64,000 bases of DNA from an uncultured Candidatus Binatia bacterium (GCA_965242525.1 OZ251459.1:3872001-3936000); one strand, 5' to 3'; counted from the stretch's first letter, positions 40,996-50,950 are shown. A program made the numbers and translations. Notes: generated from the sequence alone by a model not told the origin.

Positions 40996-41048
40996 CCCGG
41001 ACTTTCCTCGTTTCCTCGTGTTGGGCCGAACCCGCGCGCCGCCGCCCG

Positions 41049-41564
41049 CTAGGCGTTGGCCTTCGGCGTCAGCAGCATGGCCATGTTCCGCCCCTCGAGC
41101 TTCGGCGGCACGTCCAGCTTCGCCGTGTCCTGGACCTGGTCGAAGACGCTGTTCAGCATGGCCCTGCCGAGCTCGGGGTGGGTGATCTCCCGGCCCCGGA
41201 AGAATACCGACACCTTGACCCTCTGGCCCCGCTCCAGGAAGCGCCGGATGTTGCGCACCTTGAACAGCAGGTCGTGCTGGTTGGTCCGGGCTCCCATCTT
41301 GACTTCCTTGACCGCAACGAAGGTGGCGTGGCGCTTGGCCTCCTGCGTCTTCTTCTTCTGGAGGTAGCGGAACTTGCCGTAGTCCAGCAGGCGGCACACC
41401 GGCGGTTGCGCCTCCGGGGCCACTTCCACCAGGTCGAGCTCCCGCTGCTCCGCGATGCTCAGGGCTTCATGCAGCAGCATGACTCCGAGCTGCTCGCTGT
41501 CCGCGCCAATGACGCGGACCTCGCGCGCCCGGATCTGCTGGTTGATTCTCGTGGGCCGCGCTAT
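41049..41564 (-). CDS. infC: Translation initiation factor IF-3 (ATA start codon)
   Basis: SD AGGAGG, 6 nt, then ATA GCG CGG CCC ACG AGA ATC AAC (..[14 protein letters not shown]); [22 protein letters not shown]. Confidence 0.95.
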   Translation of the reverse strand: MARPTRINQQIRAREVRVIGADSEQLGVMLLHEALSIAEQRELDLVEVAPEAQPPVCRLLDYGKFRYLQKKKTQEAKRHATFVAVKEVKMGARTNQHDLLFKVRNIRRFLERGQRVKVSVFFRGREITHPELGRAMLNSVFDQVQDTAKLDVPPKLEGRNMAMLLTPKANA

Positions 41565-41592
41565 AAAGCACCTCCTGTAGAGATACGTGCGC

Positions 41593-43506
41593 TCATGGGA
41601 CCGGCTCGGTCTCCTGGCGGACGTCTTCCCCGAGCTTCTCCACGAACGCCTCTACCGGCATGGGCGGCAGGTTCTCCCCGCCGCGCCTTCGCGCCGACAG
41701 GGTCCCGTCCTGCACTTCCTTGTCGCCGATGACCACCGCGTAGGGTATCCGGGCCAGTTGCGCTTCGCGGATCTTGAACCCCAGCTTCTCGTTCCGGTCG
41801 TCCAGCTCCACGCGCCACCCGGCTTCCCGCAGCCGGTCGCGGACCCCCGCGGCGTAAGGCTTCTGCAGGTCGGTGACCGTCACCACGCGCGACTGCACCG
41901 GGGCCAGCCACAAGGGGAAGGCCCCGCCGGTGTGCTCGATCAACAGGGCCATGAAACGTTCGATGGAGCCCAGGATGGCCCGGTGGATCATCACCGGGCG
42001 CTCCTCCGCTCCCGAGGATGAGACGTAGGCCAAGTCGAACCGTTCGGGCATGGAGAAGTCGAGTTGGACCGTGCCGAGCTGCCAGCCTCGCTTCATCGCG
42101 TCCTTGACGACGAAATCGATCTTGGGGCCGTAGAAGGCGCCGTCGCCCCGGTTGATCTCATAGGCTACGTTCCGTTTCTCCAGCGATGCGGCCAGTGCAG
42201 CCTCGGCCCGTTCCCAGGTCTCCAGCGCGCCCAGGTACCGGTCCGGTCTGGTGGAGAGGAGGACCTCCAGGTCCTCGAAGTGGAACCTATGATACACCTC
42301 GCGGAGCATGTCAAGCAGCCGGGCGATCTCCTCTTCGATCTGGCCGGGGGTGCAGAAGATGTGGGCGTCGTCCTGGGAGAAGCTGCGCACCCTCGTGAGC
42401 CCCGCGGTGACGCCGGACTTCTCGTATCGGTGCAGCCGTCCGAAGTCCGCCAGCCGCACCGGCAGGTCCCGGTAGGAACGCTTCTTCGACGCGTAGAGGA
42501 ACGTGTGGCCGGGACAGTTCATGGGCTTGACGCCGAACTCGCGCTCGTCCACCTGGGTGAAGTACATGTGGTCCTTGTAGTGGTCGTAGTGGCCCGACCG
42601 GCGCCACAGGCCGGCGTCGAAGATCTGCGGCGTGATCACCTCTTCGTAGCCGTAGCGCAGGTACAGGCTCCTCATGTAGTCCACCAGGGTGTTGTAGAGC
42701 GTGGTTCCCTTGGGGTGGAAGAACGGGCTCGACGGGGCCGCGGGGTGGAAGCTGAACAGGTCCATCTCCTTGCCGAGCCTGCGATGGTCCCGCTTGCGCG
42801 CGGCCTCCAGCAGCGCGAGGTGCTCTTTCAACTGCTTCCGGGACGGGAACGCCGTGCCGTAGATGCGCTGGAGCATCTCGTTCTTCTCGTCGCCGCGCCA
42901 GTAGGCGCCCGCCACCGACGTGAGCTTGAACGCCCGGATGAGCCCGGTGCCGGGCAGGTGCGGGCCGCGGCACAGGTCCACCCAGTCCCCCTGGCGGTAG
43001 AGCGAGACGGTCTCGTCGGGGATCCCCTCGATGATCTCCACCTTGTAGTCCTCGCCCATGCCGCGGAAGAGATCCATGGCTTCGTCCCTGGGCCATTCCT
43101 CGCGCGCGATGGACAGGTCCTCCTCGGCGAGTTCGCGCATGCGCGCCTCGACCTTCTCCACCTCGTCGGGGGTGAACGGCGTGGCGCGCCTGAAGTCGTA
43201 GTAGAAGCCGTCCCGGGTGGTGGGGCCGATGGTCACCTGGGTCCCGGGGAAGAGGCTCTGGACCGCCTGGGCCATGAGGTGCGCGGTGGAGTGGCGGAGG
43301 ATGTCGATGCCCTCCGGGCTGTCGAGGGCGATCCACCGGAAGGCGCAGTCCTCCCGCACCGGCCGCGAGAGGTCCACCGGGGACCCGTCCACGCTGGCCG
43401 CAACCACGCGCCGGTCCGACGGCAACGGCGCCGCGTCGCCGGCCCGGGCGCCCGGCGCGGCCTCGAAGGTCTCCCCTCCGGGCAAGGTTACGCGAATCTT
43501 CTCCAT
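41593..43506 (-). CDS. thrS: Threonyl-tRNA synthetase
   Basis: RHSTAHLMA, DLCRGPH, RDHR, KPMNCPGH, QDDAHIF, IHRAILGS.ERF. Confidence 0.98.
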   Translation of the reverse strand: MEKIRVTLPGGETFEAAPGARAGDAAPLPSDRRVVAASVDGSPVDLSRPVREDCAFRWIALDSPEGIDILRHSTAHLMAQAVQSLFPGTQVTIGPTTRDGFYYDFRRATPFTPDEVEKVEARMRELAEEDLSIAREEWPRDEAMDLFRGMGEDYKVEIIEGIPDETVSLYRQGDWVDLCRGPHLPGTGLIRAFKLTSVAGAYWRGDEKNEMLQRIYGTAFPSRKQLKEHLALLEAARKRDHRRLGKEMDLFSFHPAAPSSPFFHPKGTTLYNTLVDYMRSLYLRYGYEEVITPQIFDAGLWRRSGHYDHYKDHMYFTQVDEREFGVKPMNCPGHTFLYASKKRSYRDLPVRLADFGRLHRYEKSGVTAGLTRVRSFSQDDAHIFCTPGQIEEEIARLLDMLREVYHRFHFEDLEVLLSTRPDRYLGALETWERAEAALAASLEKRNVAYEINRGDGAFYGPKIDFVVKDAMKRGWQLGTVQLDFSMPERFDLAYVSSSGAEERPVMIHRAILGSIERFMALLIEHTGGAFPLWLAPVQSRVVTVTDLQKPYAAGVRDRLREAGWRVELDDRNEKLGFKIREAQLARIPYAVVIGDKEVQDGTLSARRRGGENLPPMPVEAFVEKLGEDVRQETEPVP

Positions 43507-43567
43507 CCTGTCACGGATACCGTTCGTTCGAGATGGACCGCTTGCGGAAGCAGGCAACTGCGGGGAA

Positions 43568-43642
43568 TGGTAGGCACGGGCGGGATTGAACCGCCGACCT
43601 CTTCCGCGTCAAGGAAGCGCTCTCCCACTGAGCTACGTGCCT
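43568..43642 (-). tRNA. tRNA-Val (GAC)
   Basis: AGGCACGTAGCTCAGTGGGAGAGCGC...TTGACGC...GGTTCAATCCC...GTGCCTACCA; 75 nt. Confidence 0.97.
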
Positions 43643-43665
43643 CGATGCGCCTTCGCAAAGGTCCG

Positions 43666-43697
43666 ATTCTACTAGCAATTCACGGGCCTTCTGTCAA
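43666..43697 (-). promoter_or_regulatory. Putative promoter of the tRNA-Val-thrS operon
   Basis: TTGACA followed by TAGTAG/TAGAAT on the minus strand; spacing to TAGAAT is imperfect. Confidence 0.4.
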
Positions 43698-43966
43698 TCC
43701 CGCAGCGGCCTTTCGCAGTTGACTTCGCGGTTCGGGAAACTCCCTCATCCGTGGCTCGGTCGTTCAGGGATTCCCGTACCGGGAGCAAAGCGAGGCGCAG
43801 GGTTGACATCCGCTTGGTAGCGAGGATCAACTATACCAACGCATGGTGGTCGTTCCCGGATGCAAGGGTCCCTGACAACCGAAGCGGACCGAAAGGCCCG
43901 CCTGCAAACAATGAACTCCTTTCGCAACCACCGATTACGCAGCCATGCCATGCCCATGAGAAGGGT

Positions 43967-45292
43967 ATGAAGTTGCGATTCGACCGGAAGCCGGCGCCTC
44001 GACACGCCGGGCGCACGCCCGGATGGCATGGGGTCGGGGCCGTGCAACCGCAGTCAGGGGAACCTTCGGCAAGGCGGCGGCCATGGGCCGCGACCCCGGT
44101 CCGGGGGATCTCCGGGGCCGCGGCCCTGCGTGCGCGCACCGCGGGCTTGCTCGCCGGGATCGCGCTGCTCGGCGCCGGGGCAACGGTCTTCGCCGCGGAC
44201 CGGAGCTTCTCGCAGTACCCCGGTTTCGCGGAGTACTTTGCGGCGAACCCGCCGGCCGGGGCCGCGGACGAGGACCACCGGGCGATGGCCCGCGGCCATG
44301 CCCCGCGCTTCCACCTGCCCGCGGGGCACGAGGGTCCCATCGACTTCTACCGCGACTACATCGCCCACGGCTACCTGGTGACCGGCCGCGGCGACCGCAT
44401 CGAGAACCCCGGCCCCGCGGAGTTGAACCGGCGCCGGGACGACCCCCGAGCGGAGTTCACGCACGTGCCGGGAGGCGCGCCGCCGCGCCCCCTGGCCTAC
44501 GCCGCGGTGGAGCGCACCGACCTGTGGGCGCCCCGGAAAAGCGGGGGAGCGGCCGAGGAGTTCATCGTCGTCACCTACCACCTGACGTTCCGGGTGAGCG
44601 GCCTGCCTGCGGGGTTGTCCCTGGCCCTGGCCATCCCGCTGGGCCTCGTGGCGGACCTGGACGACTGGCACCAGCTCGACCATTACACAGCGGCGTTCGT
44701 GGTGCTCGACGCAGACGAACGTCCCGTGGCCCTCACCTTGCAGCAGCACAACTACCTGCGCACCTACCTGGTGGGAGAAGCGGTGGAGCCCGGTCCGGAC
44801 GGACGCTTCGACATCGACGTGGCCATCCGCTCCAACGAGCTCTACCCGCACGCGCCGGGGCGGCGGTCACGGCGTGCGGTGCGGTCCCTGGACTTCGACG
44901 CCAGAGCCTTCATGATGGGGTTCGGCGAGCGCCCGTTGATGTCCGCGGACGACGTCACCGACCCGGACCGCACGGTGGATTACGAGCTCGCGTTCCTGCC
45001 CGGCGCCGACGCGTTCTATTCGTTCCACGGCTACCTGGGCGAACGCCGCAGCCTGCCCGGCCGCGACGGCCCGCCCGGCGCACGCTACAACACCCTGCCG
45101 GCGCTCAAGCCGCTGCCGGCGCAGATCCTCGACGGCTACTGGCGCGAGGGCAACGCCGGCGACTGGGAGCGGTACCGCCGAAGCCGCGAGGACGGCGCCG
45201 GACCCGCAGGCTTCGCCCGCGCCCAAGCCGCGGTCTTCCACCACAACCTGGCCTGCCTGCGCCAGGGCCGCAGGGGCTGCGCGTTGCAGTAG
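43967..45292 (+). CDS. Hypothetical exported protein (start uncertain)
   Basis: Host-like codon usage from ~44130; hydrophobic signal-like segment 'LLAGIALLGAGATVFA'; no family recognised. Confidence 0.65.
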   Translation: MKLRFDRKPAPRHAGRTPGWHGVGAVQPQSGEPSARRRPWAATPVRGISGAAALRARTAGLLAGIALLGAGATVFAADRSFSQYPGFAEYFAANPPAGAADEDHRAMARGHAPRFHLPAGHEGPIDFYRDYIAHGYLVTGRGDRIENPGPAELNRRRDDPRAEFTHVPGGAPPRPLAYAAVERTDLWAPRKSGGAAEEFIVVTYHLTFRVSGLPAGLSLALAIPLGLVADLDDWHQLDHYTAAFVVLDADERPVALTLQQHNYLRTYLVGEAVEPGPDGRFDIDVAIRSNELYPHAPGRRSRRAVRSLDFDARAFMMGFGERPLMSADDVTDPDRTVDYELAFLPGADAFYSFHGYLGERRSLPGRDGPPGARYNTLPALKPLPAQILDGYWREGNAGDWERYRRSREDGAGPAGFARAQAAVFHHNLACLRQGRRGCALQ

Positions 45293-45320
45293 CGCGGGCG
45301 GGCGCGGGCCGTACGAAAAT

Positions 45321-45616
45321 GGCTCTTCCGGCTTTCGTGCGGCGGGGTCTCACGGCCTATGTGCAAGCCGAACATGGTTCAGGAACCTCTGAACAATCGG
45401 GACAGGGGGCATGAGCGCGTCCTTCGACTTCGCTTCGCTACGCTCAGGACGAACGGGGATAGGGGCGTCAGGGCGAGGGAATCCATCCTGGATGTCTCGA
45501 TTGTTCGGAGGTTCCTTTACAAAATAGACCGGGGACAGCATGGTCGGAACGGGAGGGAAGCGAACATCCTCGCGGGGAGGGGGGTGGTGAGGACCCACAC
45601 GAAATCCTGAAGCGCC
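45321..45616 (+). mobile_element. ISL3-derived MITE containing a nested IS5-like/REP MITE (45382-45515)
   Basis: Left end ggctcttccggctttc is identical to the ISL3 end at 22787; right end cccacacgaaatcctgaagcgcc; inner TIRs GGAACCTCTGAACAATCG / CGATTGTTCGGAGGTTCC. Confidence 0.75.
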
Positions 45617-45638
45617 CGGTTATTCAGACGTTCCCATA

Positions 45639-45805
45639 GGAAACCCTGAACAACGACCCGGTTCATCCTGAGCCTGGCGAAGCATCCCGGTTCATCCTGA
45701 GCCTGGCGAAGCATCCCCGTTCGTCCTGAGCGTAGCGAAGCGAAGTCGAAGGACGCGCTTTCCCACAGGGAGACGGAGTTCCAGCCGGAATCGTTCAGGC
45801 GTTCC
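45639..45805 (+). mobile_element. MITE-like element with two 29-bp variant units plus the REP-like core
   Basis: ggaaaccctgaacaa; (cccggttcatcctgagcctggcgaagcat)x2; core; tcgttcaggcgttcc. Confidence 0.8.
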
Positions 45806-45856
45806 TGTAGCTATAATGGGCGTCATCGGGCAAGATCACCAAGGCGGGAGACGGAC

Positions 45857-47332
45857 ATGGCAGGATACGACTTCGACTTGGTCTGCATCGGCAGCGGACC
45901 CGCGGGACAGCGCGCCGCCATACAGGCGGCCAAGGCAGGGAAGAGGGTGGCGGTGGTGGAGCGGCAGCGCTTCGTGGGCGGCGTGTGCGTGGACCGGGGC
46001 ACCATCCCTTCCAAGACGTTTCGCGAAGCGGTCCGCCGGGTTTACTCCAGGCCCGGCCTGGAGGGGATGGACCCCTTCTCCACCAGCGCCAGGACCCGGC
46101 CCACCATGCAACAGTTGGTGGGCCACGTGCACCGGGTGATCCAGCGGGAGATCGCGGTGGTGGACGACGCCCTGGGCCGGAACGACGTGAAGGTCCTCCA
46201 CGCCCAGGCGGAGTTCGCGGACGCGCACACCATCCGGCTCGTGGGCGACGGGGAACGGCGCGTGGTCACCACCCGAAAGGTCCTGATCGCGGTGGGCACC
46301 CAGGCCGGCAAGCCCCGGGGCATGGAGCCGGACGGTCGGACCCTGATCACGTCGGACGACATCCTCACCCTCGAAGAGTTGCCGCAGACCATGGCGGTGG
46401 TGGGGGCCGGCGTCATCGGCATCGAATACGCTTCCATGTTCGCCGCCCTGGGGGTGCGCGTCACCGTCATCGACGCGCGCGACCGTCCGCTGGAGTTCAT
46501 GGACCACGAGATCATCGACGAGCTGCTGCACCAACTCCGCAAGGAGGACGTGACCTTCCGTTGCGGCGACGCGGTGGAGCAGGTGGAGATCGTCGAGACC
46601 CCGCGCCGCCAGGGGCTGCTGCGGCTGGCGTCGGGCAAGTACCTGGTGGCCGACGTGATACTGGTCTCGTCGGGCCGCCAGGGGGCGTCTTCGACCCTGA
46701 ACCTCGGGGCGGTGGGCATCGAGGCCGACGAACGCGGGCGGCTGCAAGTGGACGAGGACTACCGCACCTCCGCGGACAACATCTGGGCGGCCGGCGACGT
46801 CATCGGCTTCCCCGCCTTGGCGGCCATGTCCTCGGAGCAGGGCAGGCTGGCGGCCTGCCGCATGTTCGACGTGGACGCGGAGCCCATCGGCAGCCACTAC
46901 CCCATCGGCATCTACGCCATCCCCGAGCTCTCCTCGGTAGGGGCCACGGAGGAAGAGCTGACCCGCCGGAGGGTCCCCTACGAGACCGGGGTTGCGCGCT
47001 ACAAGGAGATCTCCCGCGGCATCATCCTCGGCGACGACTCCGGCATGTTCAAGATGCTGTTCCACCGGGACGACGGGCGTCTCCTCGGTTGCCACTGCAT
47101 CGGCAGCGGGGCCACGGAGCTCATCCACGTGGGACAGGCGGTGCTGGGACTGGGCGGGGGGCTGGACTACTTCCTCAAGACCGTCTTCAACTACCCGACC
47201 CTGGCCGAGTGCTACAAGACCGCGGCGTTCCACGCCGCCAACAAGCTGGCCCTGGTCAGCCAGGCCACGACCTTCATCGAAGAAGGCGACTCCGCGGGAC
47301 GCAGCAACGGTCCCGAGTCCGCCGGCTCCTGA
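45857..47332 (+). CDS. sthA: Soluble pyridine nucleotide transhydrogenase
   Basis: GSGPAG; 'GGVCVDRGTIPSKT' lacks the second redox Cys; GAGVIGIEYAS; C-terminal FNYPTLAECYK. Confidence 0.92.
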   Translation: MAGYDFDLVCIGSGPAGQRAAIQAAKAGKRVAVVERQRFVGGVCVDRGTIPSKTFREAVRRVYSRPGLEGMDPFSTSARTRPTMQQLVGHVHRVIQREIAVVDDALGRNDVKVLHAQAEFADAHTIRLVGDGERRVVTTRKVLIAVGTQAGKPRGMEPDGRTLITSDDILTLEELPQTMAVVGAGVIGIEYASMFAALGVRVTVIDARDRPLEFMDHEIIDELLHQLRKEDVTFRCGDAVEQVEIVETPRRQGLLRLASGKYLVADVILVSSGRQGASSTLNLGAVGIEADERGRLQVDEDYRTSADNIWAAGDVIGFPALAAMSSEQGRLAACRMFDVDAEPIGSHYPIGIYAIPELSSVGATEEELTRRRVPYETGVARYKEISRGIILGDDSGMFKMLFHRDDGRLLGCHCIGSGATELIHVGQAVLGLGGGLDYFLKTVFNYPTLAECYKTAAFHAANKLALVSQATTFIEEGDSAGRSNGPESAGS

Positions 47333-47411
47333 CCGCGCCCTCCATCCCGCCCGGTTTCCACTTCCGTTCACCCCGAGCCATGGGCGAGGGCGTTCCCTCA
47401 CCCTCACCATC

Positions 47412-48509
47412 CTATCCCCGTTCGTCCTGAGCGTAGCGAAGCGAAGTCGAAGGACGCGCTTCCTTCCGGGACCCATCGGAGTTTCCTCGATATGGCGACC
47501 GCCAGCGGTCCTCTTCGACGGGTTCGAGCAGCGACACGAACCTCCGGGTCGCCTCCAGCCAAGTGTGTTGGCGGGCGTAGGCCACGCAGTCATCGGGGTC
47601 CAGCTCCAGGGCGCCCAGCACCGCGGCGCGAAGGTCCCGGTCCAGGACACCCGTCTTTCCGTCCTGCACCACGTCCAACGGGCCGGTGACGGGAAAGGCG
47701 GCCACCGGCACGCCGCAGGCCATGGCTTCGAGCAGGACGAGGCCGAAGGTGTCGGTGAGGCTCGGAAAGACGAGCACGTCCGCGGCGGCCACATGGGCCG
47801 CGAGCTCCTCGCCGTGTTTCTGTCCGACGAACCGGACGCCGGGATACCTGGATTCCAGGCGGTGCAGGTCCGGCCCGTCTCCCACCACGTACTTGACCCC
47901 CGGCAGGTCGAGGGCCAGGAACGCCTCGACGTTCTTCTCCGCGGCCACCCGCCCCAGGTACAGGGACACGGGCCGCGGCCCGGGCAGGAAGGACTTGGGA
48001 CCCGGCTTGAACAGCGTCGTGTCCACGCCTCGGGTCCACAGGGCGAGGTTCTCGAAGCCGCGTTCCCGAAGGCGCTCGGCCAGGGAGGGGGTGGCCACCA
48101 GGGTGCGGGCCGCGCTGCGGTGGTGCTTCCGCAGCCAGGAGTAGGACCAGCGCAAGGGCAAAGGGAAGCGCGCGCGGAGGTACTCGGGGAACAGGGTGTG
48201 GAACGCGGTGGTGAAGGGGACGCCGAGGCGGCGGCACACGGACCGGGCGGCGTGGCCGATGGGACCTTCCGTGGCGATATGGACGGCGTGGGGCGCGGAC
48301 TCGCGCAGGGTCCGTTCGACCCCCCTCCCCGGAAAGAGCGCCAGACGGATGGACGGGTAGGTGGGACAGGGCCAAGTGCGGAACTGCAACGGGGTCACGA
48401 ACACGGCCTCGTGCCCCAGCGCCTCCAAGTGCGCGCCCGTCTGCTCCAGGGTGCGCACCACCCCGTTTACCTGGGGATGCCAAGCGTCGGTGACGATCGC
48501 GACTTTCAT
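47412..48509 (-). CDS. Glycosyltransferase family 4
   Basis: IVTDAWHPQVNGV, HIATEGPIG, GRVAAEKN, FPSLTDTFGLVLLEAMACG; C-terminus runs into a repeat element. Confidence 0.93.
   Translation of the reverse strand: MKVAIVTDAWHPQVNGVVRTLEQTGAHLEALGHEAVFVTPLQFRTWPCPTYPSIRLALFPGRGVERTLRESAPHAVHIATEGPIGHAARSVCRRLGVPFTTAFHTLFPEYLRARFPLPLRWSYSWLRKHHRSAARTLVATPSLAERLRERGFENLALWTRGVDTTLFKPGPKSFLPGPRPVSLYLGRVAAEKNVEAFLALDLPGVKYVVGDGPDLHRLESRYPGVRFVGQKHGEELAAHVAAADVLVFPSLTDTFGLVLLEAMACGVPVAAFPVTGPLDVVQDGKTGVLDRDLRAAVLGALELDPDDCVAYARQHTWLEATRRFVSLLEPVEEDRWRSPYRGNSDGSRKEARPSTSLRYAQDERG
47416..47486 (+). repeat. REP-like core with a partial right TIR, overlapping the GT4 3' end
   Basis: ccccgttcgtcctgagcgtagcgaagcgaagtcgaaggacgc...ggagtttcc. 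Confidence 0.85.
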
Positions 48510-48688
48510 CCGTGCGAAGGAAACGTTTGCCAAACAGTCTGTCGGGTTATATGACCTCGCAGGAAGAGTCTCTCGAACGGGCGTGACCCGTGTGGACGTT
48601 ACGGTGCGCAACCCCGCGCAGCGGGCCCGGACCGGCTGAGTCCTCGCCGGCAAGTCCATAGCCACGCACCCGGCAGCCGCCTACACCC

Positions 48689-50764
48689 ATGCCAACCCCG
48701 AGGTCCAGCGCCATTCCGGGTCAACATTGGAACATGCCGGGATGCCCTCCGGATTTTCGGCCCCAACGCCTGCCCCTGCTGTTGCTGCTGCTCGCGCTGT
48801 CCACGTCGTTCCTGTACGTGGTGGACAAGGGATACTTCTACCGTCCCGGCTTCCATAGTGATAATTCTTCCAAAGCCTTGGCCATCGCCGAGAACCTGTC
48901 CCCCGACCACGGTTTCCGGTTGTTCCTGGAGTTGCGCGCGAGACCGGGCGACGCCCCGATATACCGGATGTACAGCCGCTTTCCCGTCGGCGGTTACGCC
49001 CTCGTCAAGCTCGCCATCCTCCCTTTCGGAAACGACCTGTCGGCCAAGGTCCTGGCCGCCCGCATCCTCATGCTGCTCCTGTTCAGCACCGCCGCCCTCC
49101 TGGCCTTCCGCTCCCTCGCACGCATCACCTCCCGCCCCTGGATCGCACTGGCCGCCACCCTCATGGCCTTCTCCTCCTACTACATGCTCTTCTACGGCGA
49201 TGCGGTCACCACCGAGGGCAGCGTGGACCTGTTCGCGGTCATGCTGGCCTTCCACGGCATGGTGGTGTTCGTGCAGGAGGGACGCTTCCCCCAGTTGCTG
49301 GCCAAGACCGGCGTGGCGCTGCTGCTGGGCTGGCACGTGTACGCCTTCCTGCTTCCCTTCATCCTCCTGGGCCTTGCCCGGGAAGCCCTTCGGGCATGGA
49401 AACACGGAACTGCGCCCTGGCCCCGGCTGCGCTTCACCGCAGTGACGGTGCTGCGCAGCCGCTACACCGCCCTTGGCCTGGCCGCGCTGCTGTTCGGCGC
49501 GGCCCTCCTCACCTTCAACCTGGCCAACGATTACGCCGCCTTCGGAGGCGAGACCCCGGTGACCGAACTGCCGTCGTTCCAGTCCATGCTCCGGCGCACC
49601 GGACTGGACCGGGACTTCGCCCCGGTGGGTTGGTGGCCGGACTTCCTGCGCCAGCAGTTCTTTCGCGTCTGCGTGGCCTCCGTTCCGTTCCTGCTCACCC
49701 ACCGGGCAGTCGATCCGGCGGGATGGCTCCCTTCCCCCGGCCTTTCGGCCCCGGGCATCTCGGGGCCGAAGTTGTCGGCTTACCTCCTGGCCGTGGGAGC
49801 AGCCGCGGCCCTCGTTCGCCTTGCGAGGCCGCTGCTGGAAGGGCGGCAACGCCTCCTGCTGGCCGCCCTTGCCCTGTCCGGGTTCTGCTGGGCCCTGCCC
49901 ATGCGCCACAATTCCATACACCACAACCACGAAGCCCTGTACTACGTGGGCGTCCCGCTGGCGCTCTACTCGCTGCTCCTGCTGTACTTCCGCGAGCGAT
50001 GGGGGCATCGTCCGGTAGCCGGCCTCGCCGCCGCGGCCCTGCTCGCCTTCGCGGCCTCCGCCTTCCAGATGGACCAACGATGGGGACCGGACCCACGGGC
50101 GGCCGAACTCCAGCAGACCGCCATGGCCGAACTCGGAGCCATCCGCGAAACCACCCGGAGGAAGGTGGTCCTGGTGCTCGAGTCCGTGCAGCCGGAATGG
50201 TCCACGCAGGCCACACGGCCGCGCCACGCATGGAAATACTACCTCGCCGGAAGCGTCCTGACGCACTCCCCCGACGTGGAAGCCGCCGCCCGCAGCGCGG
50301 ACTTCCTCGTCACCCGCGACCGCGTGGAGAGCCGCGCCCTGCTCACCCCCGACAACCAACGGGTGTTCCTGTACGACGCCGCGGGTATCGACGACCTGGT
50401 GGAGTCGTACCGGGCCGCGTACCAACGGGTCGTGTCCTCCGGAGACCCCGCAGCGCACTCCCGCTTCGACGTCTATCTCGGTGACCACACGCTGGCCTAC
50501 GTCAAGCAGCCCTGTGTCCGGGACGATCTGAGACCGAGCCGGATCTTCGTGGACGTGACCCCGGAAGACCCGAAGGACCTGCCCCGACAACACAAACGGC
50601 ACGGCTCGGACAATCCCAGCATCCCGTTCGTCACGTACCCCATGCTATTCGAAGGAAAGTGCATCGCTGTCCTTTCACTCCCCGGTTATCCTGTCTCCCA
50701 CATCAGGACGGGACAGGAAAATAGCCCAACACAACGCCTCTGGGTAGTAGAGATGGACCTCTGA
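48689..50764 (+). CDS. Polytopic membrane protein, possibly a GT-C (ArnT/PMT-like) glycosyltransferase, with a soluble C-terminal domain
   Basis: Many hydrophobic segments, a loop after TM1 followed by 'YSRFP.G', hydrophilic C-terminus; divergent from GT4. Confidence 0.6.
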   Translation: MPTPRSSAIPGQHWNMPGCPPDFRPQRLPLLLLLLALSTSFLYVVDKGYFYRPGFHSDNSSKALAIAENLSPDHGFRLFLELRARPGDAPIYRMYSRFPVGGYALVKLAILPFGNDLSAKVLAARILMLLLFSTAALLAFRSLARITSRPWIALAATLMAFSSYYMLFYGDAVTTEGSVDLFAVMLAFHGMVVFVQEGRFPQLLAKTGVALLLGWHVYAFLLPFILLGLAREALRAWKHGTAPWPRLRFTAVTVLRSRYTALGLAALLFGAALLTFNLANDYAAFGGETPVTELPSFQSMLRRTGLDRDFAPVGWWPDFLRQQFFRVCVASVPFLLTHRAVDPAGWLPSPGLSAPGISGPKLSAYLLAVGAAAALVRLARPLLEGRQRLLLAALALSGFCWALPMRHNSIHHNHEALYYVGVPLALYSLLLLYFRERWGHRPVAGLAAAALLAFAASAFQMDQRWGPDPRAAELQQTAMAELGAIRETTRRKVVLVLESVQPEWSTQATRPRHAWKYYLAGSVLTHSPDVEAAARSADFLVTRDRVESRALLTPDNQRVFLYDAAGIDDLVESYRAAYQRVVSSGDPAAHSRFDVYLGDHTLAYVKQPCVRDDLRPSRIFVDVTPEDPKDLPRQHKRHGSDNPSIPFVTYPMLFEGKCIAVLSLPGYPVSHIRTGQENSPTQRLWVVEMDL

Positions 50765-50908
50765 ACGAACCGGTTCCGCTGACGCTTTCGGACCCGGCGG
50801 CACACCTGCATTGGACGATCCTGCGAGTTGACAGGCGTGGGGCCGGACCCTATCATGGTCCGCCGCGGGGCCGTCCGGCCAGCGAACATCGGCTTCGGCC
50901 CCAACGGT

Positions 50909-50950
50909 CCCCGTTCGTCCTGAGCGTAGCGAAGCGAAGTCGAAGGACGC
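50909..50950 (+). repeat. REP-like core upstream of Rieske alpha copy 1
   Basis: Exact 42-bp core. Confidence 0.9.

Noticed and set aside
35852-43642. tRNA-anchored prophage or integrative element
   Set aside because: Both tRNAs lie in conserved housekeeping context; no integrase or duplicated tRNA 3' end was seen.
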